Source: an uncultured virus (IMG/VR IMGVR_UViG_3300028914_000084)
Lineage: Duplodnaviria; Heunggongvirae; Uroviricota; Caudoviricetes
DNA: 64,000 nt
IMG/VR virus record: IMGVR_UViG_3300028914_000084
Strand: one strand, 5' to 3'
In this document: positions 9,722-17,826 of the stretch, one piece after another
How the letters are laid out: each line of letters opens with the position of its first letter
Position numbering within the stretch: the first letter of the stretch is position 1
Position numbers and translations under genes: made by a program
The notes under the pieces: model-generated
What the model was told of the DNA's origin: nothing
Seen by the model: only the letters and a program-made list of their open reading frames with translations
Databases searched by the model: none

Positions 9722-9894
9722 TAGTATAGATAATGCTTAGCGTGACTTATAAGGACTTTATGTATAGTTTTTTATAGTGGTTTACAAGGAAAGGAGCGAT
9801 ATAAATAGTGTCTTTTAGTACGTTTAAATAATTAGGAGTGAGCTGCAATAAAAAATGTTCAACTTATAAGCCACACTAAGCACTACCTATGCTA
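9722..9894 (-). ncRNA. Candidate hairpin RNA with antisense anti-RBS loop segments
   Basis: 32-bp inverted repeat (9722-9753 with 9863-9894); 4 of 5 mismatches are G-U on the minus strand; loop has 18/18 matches to two phage RBS regions. Confidence 0.7.
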
Positions 9895-9935
9895 AAATGT
9901 TTTTTCAAAAAATCCTTTCCGGAGAATTTTCAAAG

Positions 9936-9944
9936 AGGGGCGCG
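9936..9944 (-). other. Candidate cos site (CGCGCCCCT)
   Basis: GC-rich island just upstream of terS and HNH, flanked by G/C runs and TTTTCAAA repeats. Confidence 0.45.
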
Positions 9945-9966
9945 ATAAAGGACGGGGGGTATGTTT

Positions 9967-10245
9967 TTAGACCCCCTCCCCTATGTCTTTTTCGGTATTA
10001 TATACCTTTATGTACACATCAAAAGGATCAATTTCAATTAATCTATCAATAGCTTTTGCTGTTTCTTCATCTTTTTGTGCATTTGACATGTAATCTTTAA
10101 TGTTTGCAAGTCTTGCAATCTTTGAACAAGTTGAATAATTGTTATCGACATCAAACTGAAACCATTCATCGAACTGTGTAAACGGATTGTAAGGATTATC
10201 AATTGTTGTTAACATGAATTCTTTTGTTTCTTCTTCGTTATTCAT
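9967..10245 (-). CDS. Hypothetical protein, last gene of the RNAP operon
   Basis: MLTTIDNPYNPFTQFDEW; starts 3 nt after the RNAP stop. Confidence 0.7.
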   Translation of the reverse strand: MNNEEETKEFMLTTIDNPYNPFTQFDEWFQFDVDNNYSTCSKIARLANIKDYMSNAQKDEETAKAIDRLIEIDPFDVYIKVYNTEKDIGEGV

Positions 10246-10248
10246 AGA

Positions 10249-13200
10249 TTATTCAGCTCCTTTCAAATACTTATAAAGTGTAGACTTAGAAACACCCATC
10301 TTTTTAGCTATTTGTTCTATAGTAAAGTTAGAATCAGCCATTCGCTTAGCTCTTTCTATTTGTGCTGTTGAAAGAGAAGCTTGTTGTTTAGGCATTGCTC
10401 TTTGTCTCAATGAATCAGGGTCTGAATTGTCAAGTATTTGCTTTAATTTATTATTACTTATAGCACCAGCTTGTATAGCTTCCCATTCTTTGTCATCGAT
10501 AGTTATGTTACGCTTTCTTCTAGAAACCGAACCAATTTCCTCTCTATTCTTACTTAATGAACGTTGACCAAGTTTCTTTAGGTCTTCACCAGAAAGTGAT
10601 GGGTCCTCAGATATACGTTTACCTAGTTCTACATTAGACTTACGTAATGCTTCCCTCTCCCTCCATGCGTTCTTCTGAGCATCGTTTAGTTTAGCCTCTA
10701 GTGAGCTAACCTGTTGTGCATATTGTCTAGCAGCAGAGGGATTATATTGTAGGTCTTTGGTATTATGTATCTCTAATCTAGCGTTGTTAGCTAATGCTTT
10801 TAAACTGTTGGCATAGTTAGCATACTCTATCTCCTTAGGGTTACGTGGGTCTCCCATTAGGGTTCTAGCATCATCTGCTTCAGCCATTCTTGTGCTTGAT
10901 TCGGTTCTCTTAGCAGTTCTATAGACTATATCCCCTTTTTTATTTGTATAATATCCAGTACCATCTTTAGCTACATGTAGTACAGGAGCATATTTATCTT
11001 TAGCCTTAGGGTCTCTTGTATCATAGGATATCTTTTTACCATCTACAGTAGTCATAGTTCTTATACCAGTAGTTTGGTCGATACTTCCTACAGCAAAATA
11101 CAATTTACTAGGGTCTGCTTGAGTATATATTAAAGAACCTTCTGGTTTACTTGGGTCGTAATAAGATTTACCTTTAATATTTACTTTAGGTTGACCTTGT
11201 CTTTTGTCTATTCTTTCTTCACCTTTTGCTCTTGAAACAATTGTTCCAGCTCCACCATAACCGATAATGTTTCCATCAGCATCTCTTTTTATCTGATACT
11301 TTGCTTTTAGTCTAGATATTTCATTATCTATTTCACTTGCTTTATAGTCATACTTATGTTTTTCTGCATCAATAACAACCATTGAATGCTTAACAGCCAT
11401 TGCTAAATCTTTATCATTAGCACCTTGTAAAGTCATGTCAGTTATAAGATTAGATACAACACCCATTTCTCTTTGTTTAGTTCTGTTTGACATAGCTGTA
11501 AATTCATGACCATCATATTTATATATCTTATTTCCTTTACTATCAGTTTTTATTTTCCCATTTGAATCATAAACTGGTTCGCCTTCATACATTCCTGGGT
11601 CGAAACCTTTTAAATCTTGTAAATATGGTCTTCTAGAAACTTTAACTTTACCTTTAGGATCATCAGTAGGTATACACATTACTGTATCACCATCAAAATC
11701 AGCACCTGATAATTGGTCAGCTACTTTTTTATTAATACAAACAGCATCAATAGTATCCGATTTGCCAATTAGTTTTTGTCCTAATTTATTTTTATTATTA
11801 ACAGTACATACTGGAATTTCGAATGTTCCAGAATGCGGATATCTTACTAATGCTAATTTAGTTCCATCAGCATATCCAGGAGCATATATTTCATTTTCTT
11901 TTAATGTATTATTAGGTATAATAACATGATATTTTTGTCCTGGTAAAGCAGCAGCTTTTAAATCAACAGCGGCTTTATCACAACCATCAGCAAACTTTTG
12001 AAGATAGTATTTCTTTATAACTGGGTTCGTTAAGTTATTTATTTCCTCGAACTCTTCTGTTTTATTTGCTTTTGCTAAACCAAGTTGCTTTTTAATCATG
12101 GTAATGTTTTGTTTAGATAAGAATTGTGATGGTAATGCATCAGACCATTCAGTCCAATCACCTTCAGCAGATTTCTTGTTAATTAAACCTAGTTTCTTTT
12201 TACCTTTTTCATCAGTGTACCAATATTGTCCGCCTTGGTCAGCGTCTTTTATTGTGGAACCAAAAGGGTTTTCTGGATCTTTCTTAATATTTTTCAATAC
12301 TTGTTTTACATTTTTATCAGGGTCCATAACTGGAGTTCCTCTAGATTTGTTAGTATTGAATATAACATCTACACCTGGTGGAAAGTCTTTATCATCACCA
12401 TAAACAGCCATACCTTTTAAATAATGAGTTCCATCTACTAATATACGAACTTGAGAATAGTGGTCACCATTAAGGCTTAAATCTTTAACGCCTCTTCTTA
12501 ATTCAATAACACCATCTTTGTCAACACCTTTAATACCATCAGAATCTTTATCTTCTGCATATCTTATTTTCAATCTCTTAGAATCTAATGATTCTGGATA
12601 ATTAAACTTCTTTTCTAATGTTTTACCATTATCTCTTGAGATATATTTAGTTAGTGTTTCAATCTGGTCATAATTATATAATTCAGAAGGTGTATTTTTT
12701 CCTTTTGCTGGTTTTATTTCTGGTTTACATAATACTTTTTGAATAGTTTGATTATTTTTATTTGTTGGTTGTGGAATACGGTTACTATATGTTCCATAAC
12801 CTTCTTTTTCTAGTAAATATAAAGCAGCATCTAATTTTTCTCTAGATACATTTATTTCTTTTTCTACTCCTTTACCAACATCAATCATTCCATATTTAGA
12901 TTCATCTATTCTTTTCTTTAAAGAAGCAGCTAAATCTCTAGTTTGATTTTCTTTGGTTTTAGCCATTTGTAGTTTATAACCTCTAACTGTGGATTCACTG
13001 ACATTTCCTAATTCTCTACCAATTTGAGTATCACCCCAAGTTGGATGTTCTTCCATTATTTTTCTTACTCTAGAAAATATAACAGCTTGTCTATCTTCTT
13101 TACAGATTCTTTTTTCAGCTCTATAATCGTTTATAGATAATCCAAAAGTATTTTTAATATTTTCAGGAGTCTCTTTCCAACCACTTAATTTTAATTGTTC

Positions 13201-13386
13201 TACTTTTTGTAAGAAATCTTTAGGTCTCTGAATTGGTTTATCACCTGATCCATAATGATATCTTCCAGAACCTGGACCAACTTTAGATTCAATATGGTCT
13301 AATCCGACATGTTCTAGAAATTCCTCTTCAGACCATTTAGAAGAACCCAAATAACTAATTATTTCATCAGCTAATTTTTGACTCAT
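10249..13386 (-). CDS. Single-subunit two-barrel RNA polymerase (YonO-like) with HTH domains
   Basis: LVRYPH (RxP) and GADFDGD catalytic motif; HTH-like segments at the N- and C-termini. Confidence 0.82.
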   Translation of the reverse strand: MSQKLADEIISYLGSSKWSEEEFLEHVGLDHIESKVGPGSGRYHYGSGDKPIQRPKDFLQKVEQLKLSGWKETPENIKNTFGLSINDYRAEKRICKEDRQAVIFSRVRKIMEEHPTWGDTQIGRELGNVSESTVRGYKLQMAKTKENQTRDLAASLKKRIDESKYGMIDVGKGVEKEINVSREKLDAALYLLEKEGYGTYSNRIPQPTNKNNQTIQKVLCKPEIKPAKGKNTPSELYNYDQIETLTKYISRDNGKTLEKKFNYPESLDSKRLKIRYAEDKDSDGIKGVDKDGVIELRRGVKDLSLNGDHYSQVRILVDGTHYLKGMAVYGDDKDFPPGVDVIFNTNKSRGTPVMDPDKNVKQVLKNIKKDPENPFGSTIKDADQGGQYWYTDEKGKKKLGLINKKSAEGDWTEWSDALPSQFLSKQNITMIKKQLGLAKANKTEEFEEINNLTNPVIKKYYLQKFADGCDKAAVDLKAAALPGQKYHVIIPNNTLKENEIYAPGYADGTKLALVRYPHSGTFEIPVCTVNNKNKLGQKLIGKSDTIDAVCINKKVADQLSGADFDGDTVMCIPTDDPKGKVKVSRRPYLQDLKGFDPGMYEGEPVYDSNGKIKTDSKGNKIYKYDGHEFTAMSNRTKQREMGVVSNLITDMTLQGANDKDLAMAVKHSMVVIDAEKHKYDYKASEIDNEISRLKAKYQIKRDADGNIIGYGGAGTIVSRAKGEERIDKRQGQPKVNIKGKSYYDPSKPEGSLIYTQADPSKLYFAVGSIDQTTGIRTMTTVDGKKISYDTRDPKAKDKYAPVLHVAKDGTGYYTNKKGDIVYRTAKRTESSTRMAEADDARTLMGDPRNPKEIEYANYANSLKALANNARLEIHNTKDLQYNPSAARQYAQQVSSLEAKLNDAQKNAWREREALRKSNVELGKRISEDPSLSGEDLKKLGQRSLSKNREEIGSVSRRKRNITIDDKEWEAIQAGAISNNKLKQILDNSDPDSLRQRAMPKQQASLSTAQIERAKRMADSNFTIEQIAKKMGVSKSTLYKYLKGAE

Positions 13387-13944
13387 CTAATTATCACCCT
13401 CTCTTAATACATTATCAAAATGAACAATCATATTCATAACTTCAATTACTTCTTCAGCAGTTGGAGAATATTCTATAATATCATCACATTGATATAATCT
13501 TAATATTATTGATGTTAACTCCTTAGGGTCAACTTTATATTCCAAACAAAATAATGCAGCATACACAATCAATTGATCCATATGTGCTGGAATTTTACCA
13601 GTTTTTAAATCGTGTATTCTTAACACCTTTGTTTTTTCATTATAGTTTATAGTATCTGCTGTACCATAAAAATATATGGAATAAAATAAAACCACTTCTG
13701 GAGTCATATTAAAACCAATAGCATCATTAACATATGCGTTTATAGTTTTCTTTGTTCTAGGCATCTTAATACCTAGCTTTATAGTTTCTGCAGCCCATTC
13801 ATGCAAACGAGTTCCTAGCTCCTTTGCTTTCATATTATCTCTAACCTCTAATATTTTCTCATCAGTATATCTTAACCAACTTGATTTACTTGCTGAGAAT
13901 GGTGCATGAGTACCTTCGAGATTAGAATGATTTTTAAATACCAT
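13387..13944 (-). CDS. PD-(D/E)XK (Cas4-like/DUF2800-like) nuclease
   Basis: GTRLHE, YGTADTI, IHDLKTG, QLIVYA motifs. Confidence 0.75.
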   Translation of the reverse strand: MVFKNHSNLEGTHAPFSASKSSWLRYTDEKILEVRDNMKAKELGTRLHEWAAETIKLGIKMPRTKKTINAYVNDAIGFNMTPEVVLFYSIYFYGTADTINYNEKTKVLRIHDLKTGKIPAHMDQLIVYAALFCLEYKVDPKELTSIILRLYQCDDIIEYSPTAEEVIEVMNMIVHFDNVLREGDN

Positions 13945-13959
13945 TTATATCGCTCCTTT

Positions 13960-14253
13960 CTATTTATTGAAAAAGGAAGTGAGCTTCTCAACAACCTCTT
14001 CTTTGTTCTCTGGATATATAAATCTTGAGAAAGACATATTATCCATTTTTTCAACATAATAATCTTGATTAGGTTGATGTTTTGCTTTTGATGATTTTTT
14101 GTTTTCCAAAGTAGCCCATTTATTTTCATATAGAATTAATAAGTCTGGAATACCTTGAGTATCATTCGGGTCTAGTTTAAGTATCATACAACCCGGAAGC
14201 AATTCTTTCAACTCTTTTTTCAAATTATGTTGAAACTCACTTTCTAATTTCAT
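13960..14253 (-). CDS. VRR-NUC/Holliday-junction-resolvase-like nuclease
   Basis: ESEFQ, GIPDLLIL, LENK, QPNQ motifs. Confidence 0.75.
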   Translation of the reverse strand: MKLESEFQHNLKKELKELLPGCMILKLDPNDTQGIPDLLILYENKWATLENKKSSKAKHQPNQDYYVEKMDNMSFSRFIYPENKEEVVEKLTSFFNK

Positions 14254-14266
14254 TTTTTAATCACTC

Positions 14267-14334
14267 CTAAATAAAAAAGAAAAAGAGGAAGACGGAATAA
14301 ACTACAACAGGTAAGCGAAATTCCATCTCTCTCC
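14267..14334 (-). promoter_or_regulatory. Leader hairpin/attenuator with a 19-codon uORF
   Basis: Stem AGATGGAAT/ATTCCGTCT followed by a U-tract; uORF MEFRLPVVVYSVFLFFFFI at 14326-14267. Confidence 0.5.
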
Positions 14335-14361
14335 TATAAAAGGACGTGATTTTTACGCGAA
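14335..14361 (-). promoter_or_regulatory. CGCG promoter-like motif, variant copy
   Basis: 15 nt identical to the 26919 copy, but the -10-like hexamer is TTTTAT. Confidence 0.6.
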
Positions 14362-14363
14362 GA

Positions 14364-14498
14364 CTATTTTTGCGAGATTCTGTAAGTTAGTATGTCTATT
14401 GAAGAAGCTATTGAAAATAAACCACCGACTTTCAAAGCTTCTAAATTTTTCGATAACAGTCCAGCTACTGTAAAAACAATTGCTAATAATGTATTCAT
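14364..14498 (-). CDS. Small hydrophobic protein (44 aa)
   Basis: GGAGG SD; MNTLLAIVFTVAGLLSK..., translated by hand. Confidence 0.55.
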   Translation of the reverse strand: MNTLLAIVFTVAGLLSKNLEALKVGGLFSIASSIDILTYRISQK

Positions 14499-14515
14499 TT
14501 AATTTCCTCCTAATT

Positions 14516-14947
14516 TTAATAATATAAAAAGAATGCATCAACTGTTACATCCAATGCATTCGCTAACTTCGATAATGTTAATATGTCTGGCATACGTTTA
14601 TGATTAATGTATCTAGATAAACTGGCTTCTGTAATACCTAATCGTTTAGCTAACTGTTGTTGATTAATACAGCGACGTGCCATCCAATATCTAACCATAT
14701 GTTTAAACTCGTATAATATTTGTGCGTCACTATGAACTCCTTCAGGATCTCTAACATTTAGAAACTGATGTCCGAATCTACAAAATATAGTTCGACTTCC
14801 GTTTTTAAAATTAACTAATAAATGACGATCAGTTAATTCTTTAACACTTTTTACATTTTCATCTTTGTAGATAGGGTATGTAATTTTTAGCATCAGCTCA
14901 TACATATATAATTCGTTATCAGTAAGACCTTCTAATGTACTATACAC
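14516..14947 (-). CDS. XRE-family HTH regulator
   Basis: INQQQLAKRLGITEASLSRYIN..RMP...LSKLANALDV. Confidence 0.85.
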   Translation of the reverse strand: MYSTLEGLTDNELYMYELMLKITYPIYKDENVKSVKELTDRHLLVNFKNGSRTIFCRFGHQFLNVRDPEGVHSDAQILYEFKHMVRYWMARRCINQQQLAKRLGITEASLSRYINHKRMPDILTLSKLANALDVTVDAFFLYY

Positions 14948-14981
14948 ATTATCACTCCTTTCACCTTGTAAATATCCTTTG

Positions 14982-15290
14982 TGGCCACTTTTTGCAAAAA
15001 ATGTATATATTAATATAAAACCTCTAAATTACCATTTTGGTAATTTGCACTCATTTTTTGTCCGGTTTTAAAAAAAAAGTGGGTTTTTGACCATTTTGAG
15101 CTAAAATCCTTATATATCAACGGTTTCCGCTGGCCACTTTTGTAAAAATATTTGGCCATTTGCCCACTTTTTCTGGCCATTTCGGCTTCACTTACCATTT
15201 TGGCAATCGACTTTTGCAACTCGCCTTTCAATTTGCCCACTTTTTTTGACCATTTGCCCACTTTTAAAATCAAAAGTGTCCACTAATTTT
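14982..15290. repeat. Iteron-like repeat array, candidate replication origin
   Basis: About 10 copies of TG(G/C/A)CCA(C/T)TTT in an intergenic gap with A/T tracts. Confidence 0.6.
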
Positions 15291-15294
15291 GACC

Positions 15295-15531
15295 CTAAAT
15301 TGACTCTTCAACAGCCTCTTTTAGAGCATTTTTTAGGTCGTTTTTACCCTCTAAAATGATATAAAATTCATTAGTAATCTTGCCAATTGCTCTCATACAA
15401 CCTACTTTATACCCAATAAATCCAGCCATTCCAAGAGCTAAACCAGCTCCACAAGCCTTAATTTTCTTCTTATTTTCCTCTTTTTCAACCACATTCTTTA
15501 CCTTTTCAATATAATTTTTAATATTTTTCAT
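15295..15531 (-). CDS. Small membrane protein
   Basis: SD; one hydrophobic Gly-rich helix. Confidence 0.6.
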   Translation of the reverse strand: MKNIKNYIEKVKNVVEKEENKKKIKACGAGLALGMAGFIGYKVGCMRAIGKITNEFYIILEGKNDLKNALKEAVEESI

Positions 15532-15545
15532 AATTTCCTCTCCTT

Positions 15546-15929
15546 TTACTTAAAATCTCTCTTTAAAAATTCACTTTTTATCAATATTTTACCACTAGCA
15601 CGCTTCTCACCAGCATGTTTTTCTTCAAAATCACTCAATAATATGCCAATTAACTGCCAATCATACTCATCGATATATCCTCTTCTATGCATTATACGAA
15701 ACATATTATTAATTATTTTATATTTTTCAATATCTTTTACCTCTAATAGATGCAAATATTCATGACTGCATGGCATTAATACTGCCCCATTTTCTACAAT
15801 GGTCTCTCCACCATTCTCTTTTTTATCAATATGATGAAATGTAGCATTATTTTTATTCAAATGATACCCCATAAAATCATACCTAACTAATTTAAATTGT
15901 CGTATTAATAATCGTGTTTTGTTTTTCAT
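15546..15929 (-). CDS. HNH-like protein
   Basis: TFHHIDKKENGG...NGAVL...HEYLH. Confidence 0.65.
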   Translation of the reverse strand: MKNKTRLLIRQFKLVRYDFMGYHLNKNNATFHHIDKKENGGETIVENGAVLMPCSHEYLHLLEVKDIEKYKIINNMFRIMHRRGYIDEYDWQLIGILLSDFEEKHAGEKRASGKILIKSEFLKRDFK

Positions 15930-16996
15930 TAGCTACCCCTTATTTCGTCATTATCTTCTTCTTTTACTATTTCAACTAATTTTTTAGTAACTAAATCGTC
16001 AGCTCTTACTTTATTTATCTCATATTCATATCCTAATGGAATATCTTGATCTAATTCGATGTCCTTAAAATATGGTTTAATAATACCTCTAACTTTAACA
16101 ATAGTTTGTAGATCCTCCATATAAGTACTTTTTCCAGGTGCTAACATATTTTTCCAAGTATCCTTTGGTGGATTATACTTTATTTTTGGTAATTTTTTAT
16201 ATAATTTATTTACGTCAAAATTATCTATATCGTCTATTATCCATCCATGTACACCATCTTGTATATTTAATTCCCTCCATATAGGTAAATCCATTAATAA
16301 TACAGGTGTACCAACCAACAATGCCTCATTTGGTGTAAATCCGTATGATTCAGAATCAGACAATTGTGCAACGATATCCGCCTTTTTTAAATAACCAATA
16401 ATATCTAATGTTGGTTTCCTATAGATTATATTAGGATTGTCTATTGCATCGACATCATCAGTAAATATAAGCCATAGATAACGTAATTTTGCTCTATTCA
16501 ATTTGTTACCTATTTTTACAATATTCTTTTTACCTTTTTCTTCTGTCAATCTTGTAGCACTAACAATTAATAAAGTTTCTTCTGGTTCATCTATTTCTAT
16601 TGGATTATATATACATTCAGCCTCTATACCACTCAATTCTTTAAACGAAGCACATGCTTGTTTACTAACACCTATGTATTTTGTTATTTTAGGATTAATA
16701 ACAGGTCGTTTATTTTGAAGTTTATAATCCAAATGAATTACTTGAATATATTCGTCAGCGTCTACATAATCAATAATAACAGGTTGGTAATTAAAAAATG
16801 CTTTTTCGCATTTAATTCGTTCACCATGCCACTTCTTAACCCTTACATATTTCTTTAATCTATCTATTTGATTTTTATTTCCAATTGTGTAATAAATAGT
16901 AATGTCAAAATCACAATATTTTTTAGCAATATAATAAAAGAACGTCTCAACGCCACCGATTTCATTTAACATGTAAAAGTAAAATATGTTTTTCAT
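15929..16996 (-). CDS. Glycosyltransferase, GT-B (GT4-like)
   Basis: IGGVET, IGVS, IYNPI, SATRL..EKG, ESYGFTPNEAL..GTPV. Confidence 0.85.
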   Translation of the reverse strand: MKNIFYFYMLNEIGGVETFFYYIAKKYCDFDITIYYTIGNKNQIDRLKKYVRVKKWHGERIKCEKAFFNYQPVIIDYVDADEYIQVIHLDYKLQNKRPVINPKITKYIGVSKQACASFKELSGIEAECIYNPIEIDEPEETLLIVSATRLTEEKGKKNIVKIGNKLNRAKLRYLWLIFTDDVDAIDNPNIIYRKPTLDIIGYLKKADIVAQLSDSESYGFTPNEALLVGTPVLLMDLPIWRELNIQDGVHGWIIDDIDNFDVNKLYKKLPKIKYNPPKDTWKNMLAPGKSTYMEDLQTIVKVRGIIKPYFKDIELDQDIPLGYEYEINKVRADDLVTKKLVEIVKEEDNDEIRGS

Positions 16997-17826
16997 TGTA
17001 TGTATTTTCCCTCCGCTATATTATTTAAAACTACACTCAAACGCCAATCTCTATGATTTATACAACATTCAGAATTACAATTAAGATCCATTAAATCAGC
17101 AGCATATCTATACATACTGCTTTTCCATTTACCATTGTTCATATTTTGATTTTCAACTCTGCTACATGAATTAACATTATTTCTGTTCCATACTATAATA
17201 GGTTCTTCGCAACTTACCATTGTTTTTAGAACGTCACATTGTTTTATATGTTGTACAACATCTTCCATTAAAGTGTTTTCAGGAAAATCTACAACTAGGT
17301 CACTTTTGATACACTTTGTCCAACAAGCAACATATAAACTATCAACTAATTCTTTTTGTGTATTTCTTATCATTGGCTGATATGATAAACAATCACCAAT
17401 TAAACAATTATAAGACAAACTTACACAATCCGGTCTATTATTTTTCTCTATAATATCATGTATTGTTTCTAAACATTTATTATCATTTAACCAATCATCG
17501 TTATCTATAAATATAGTATATTCACTATTAATATTATAATGTATTCCAACGTTTCTTGTACCACCATTCCATAATTTCTTTCCCGGTTCGATTACAATTA
17601 TATTATTATATTGTTCAGATAGATCTTTAACTTTATTTAATGAACCGTCAGTACTTAAATCATCTATTACTAATATAATATAATTTTTAAATGTTTGATC
17701 TTCTACTGATTTAATACATTTTTCAATATATTCAACACAATTATAATTTGGTATTATAATTTTAAAAAAGTATTTATCCAAAACTATTTCCTCCTTACCT
17801 GTATCATAGTATCTTTTACAGCCCAA
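16993..17826 (-). CDS. Glycosyltransferase, GT-A (GT2)
   Basis: IIIPNYN, IDDLSTDGS, RNVGI, FIDNDD, MED; true start probably TTG near 17781. Confidence 0.88.
   Translation of the reverse strand: MGCKRYYDTGKEEIVLDKYFFKIIIPNYNCVEYIEKCIKSVEDQTFKNYIILVIDDLSTDGSLNKVKDLSEQYNNIIVIEPGKKLWNGGTRNVGIHYNINSEYTIFIDNDDWLNDNKCLETIHDIIEKNNRPDCVSLSYNCLIGDCLSYQPMIRNTQKELVDSLYVACWTKCIKSDLVVDFPENTLMEDVVQHIKQCDVLKTMVSCEEPIIVWNRNNVNSCSRVENQNMNNGKWKSSMYRYAADLMDLNCNSECCINHRDWRLSVVLNNIAEGKYIQ

Noticed and set aside
13387..13944. Cas4 as part of a CRISPR system
   Set aside because: Stand-alone phage PD-(D/E)XK nuclease lacking the Fe-S cysteines; no array or other cas genes
14353..14541. 62-aa ORF, and similarly 13872-14129, 3577-3786 and 30184-30399
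   Set aside because: Alternative frames overlapping better-supported genes
14516..14947. Lysogeny module around the XRE gene
   Set aside because: No integrase, divergent repressor pair or partition genes in the window; lifestyle cannot be fully settled because a short part of the genome is missing
15010..15273. 87-aa ORF with repeated KSGQ/KVGK
   Set aside because: Simply the translation of the DNA repeat array; no SD
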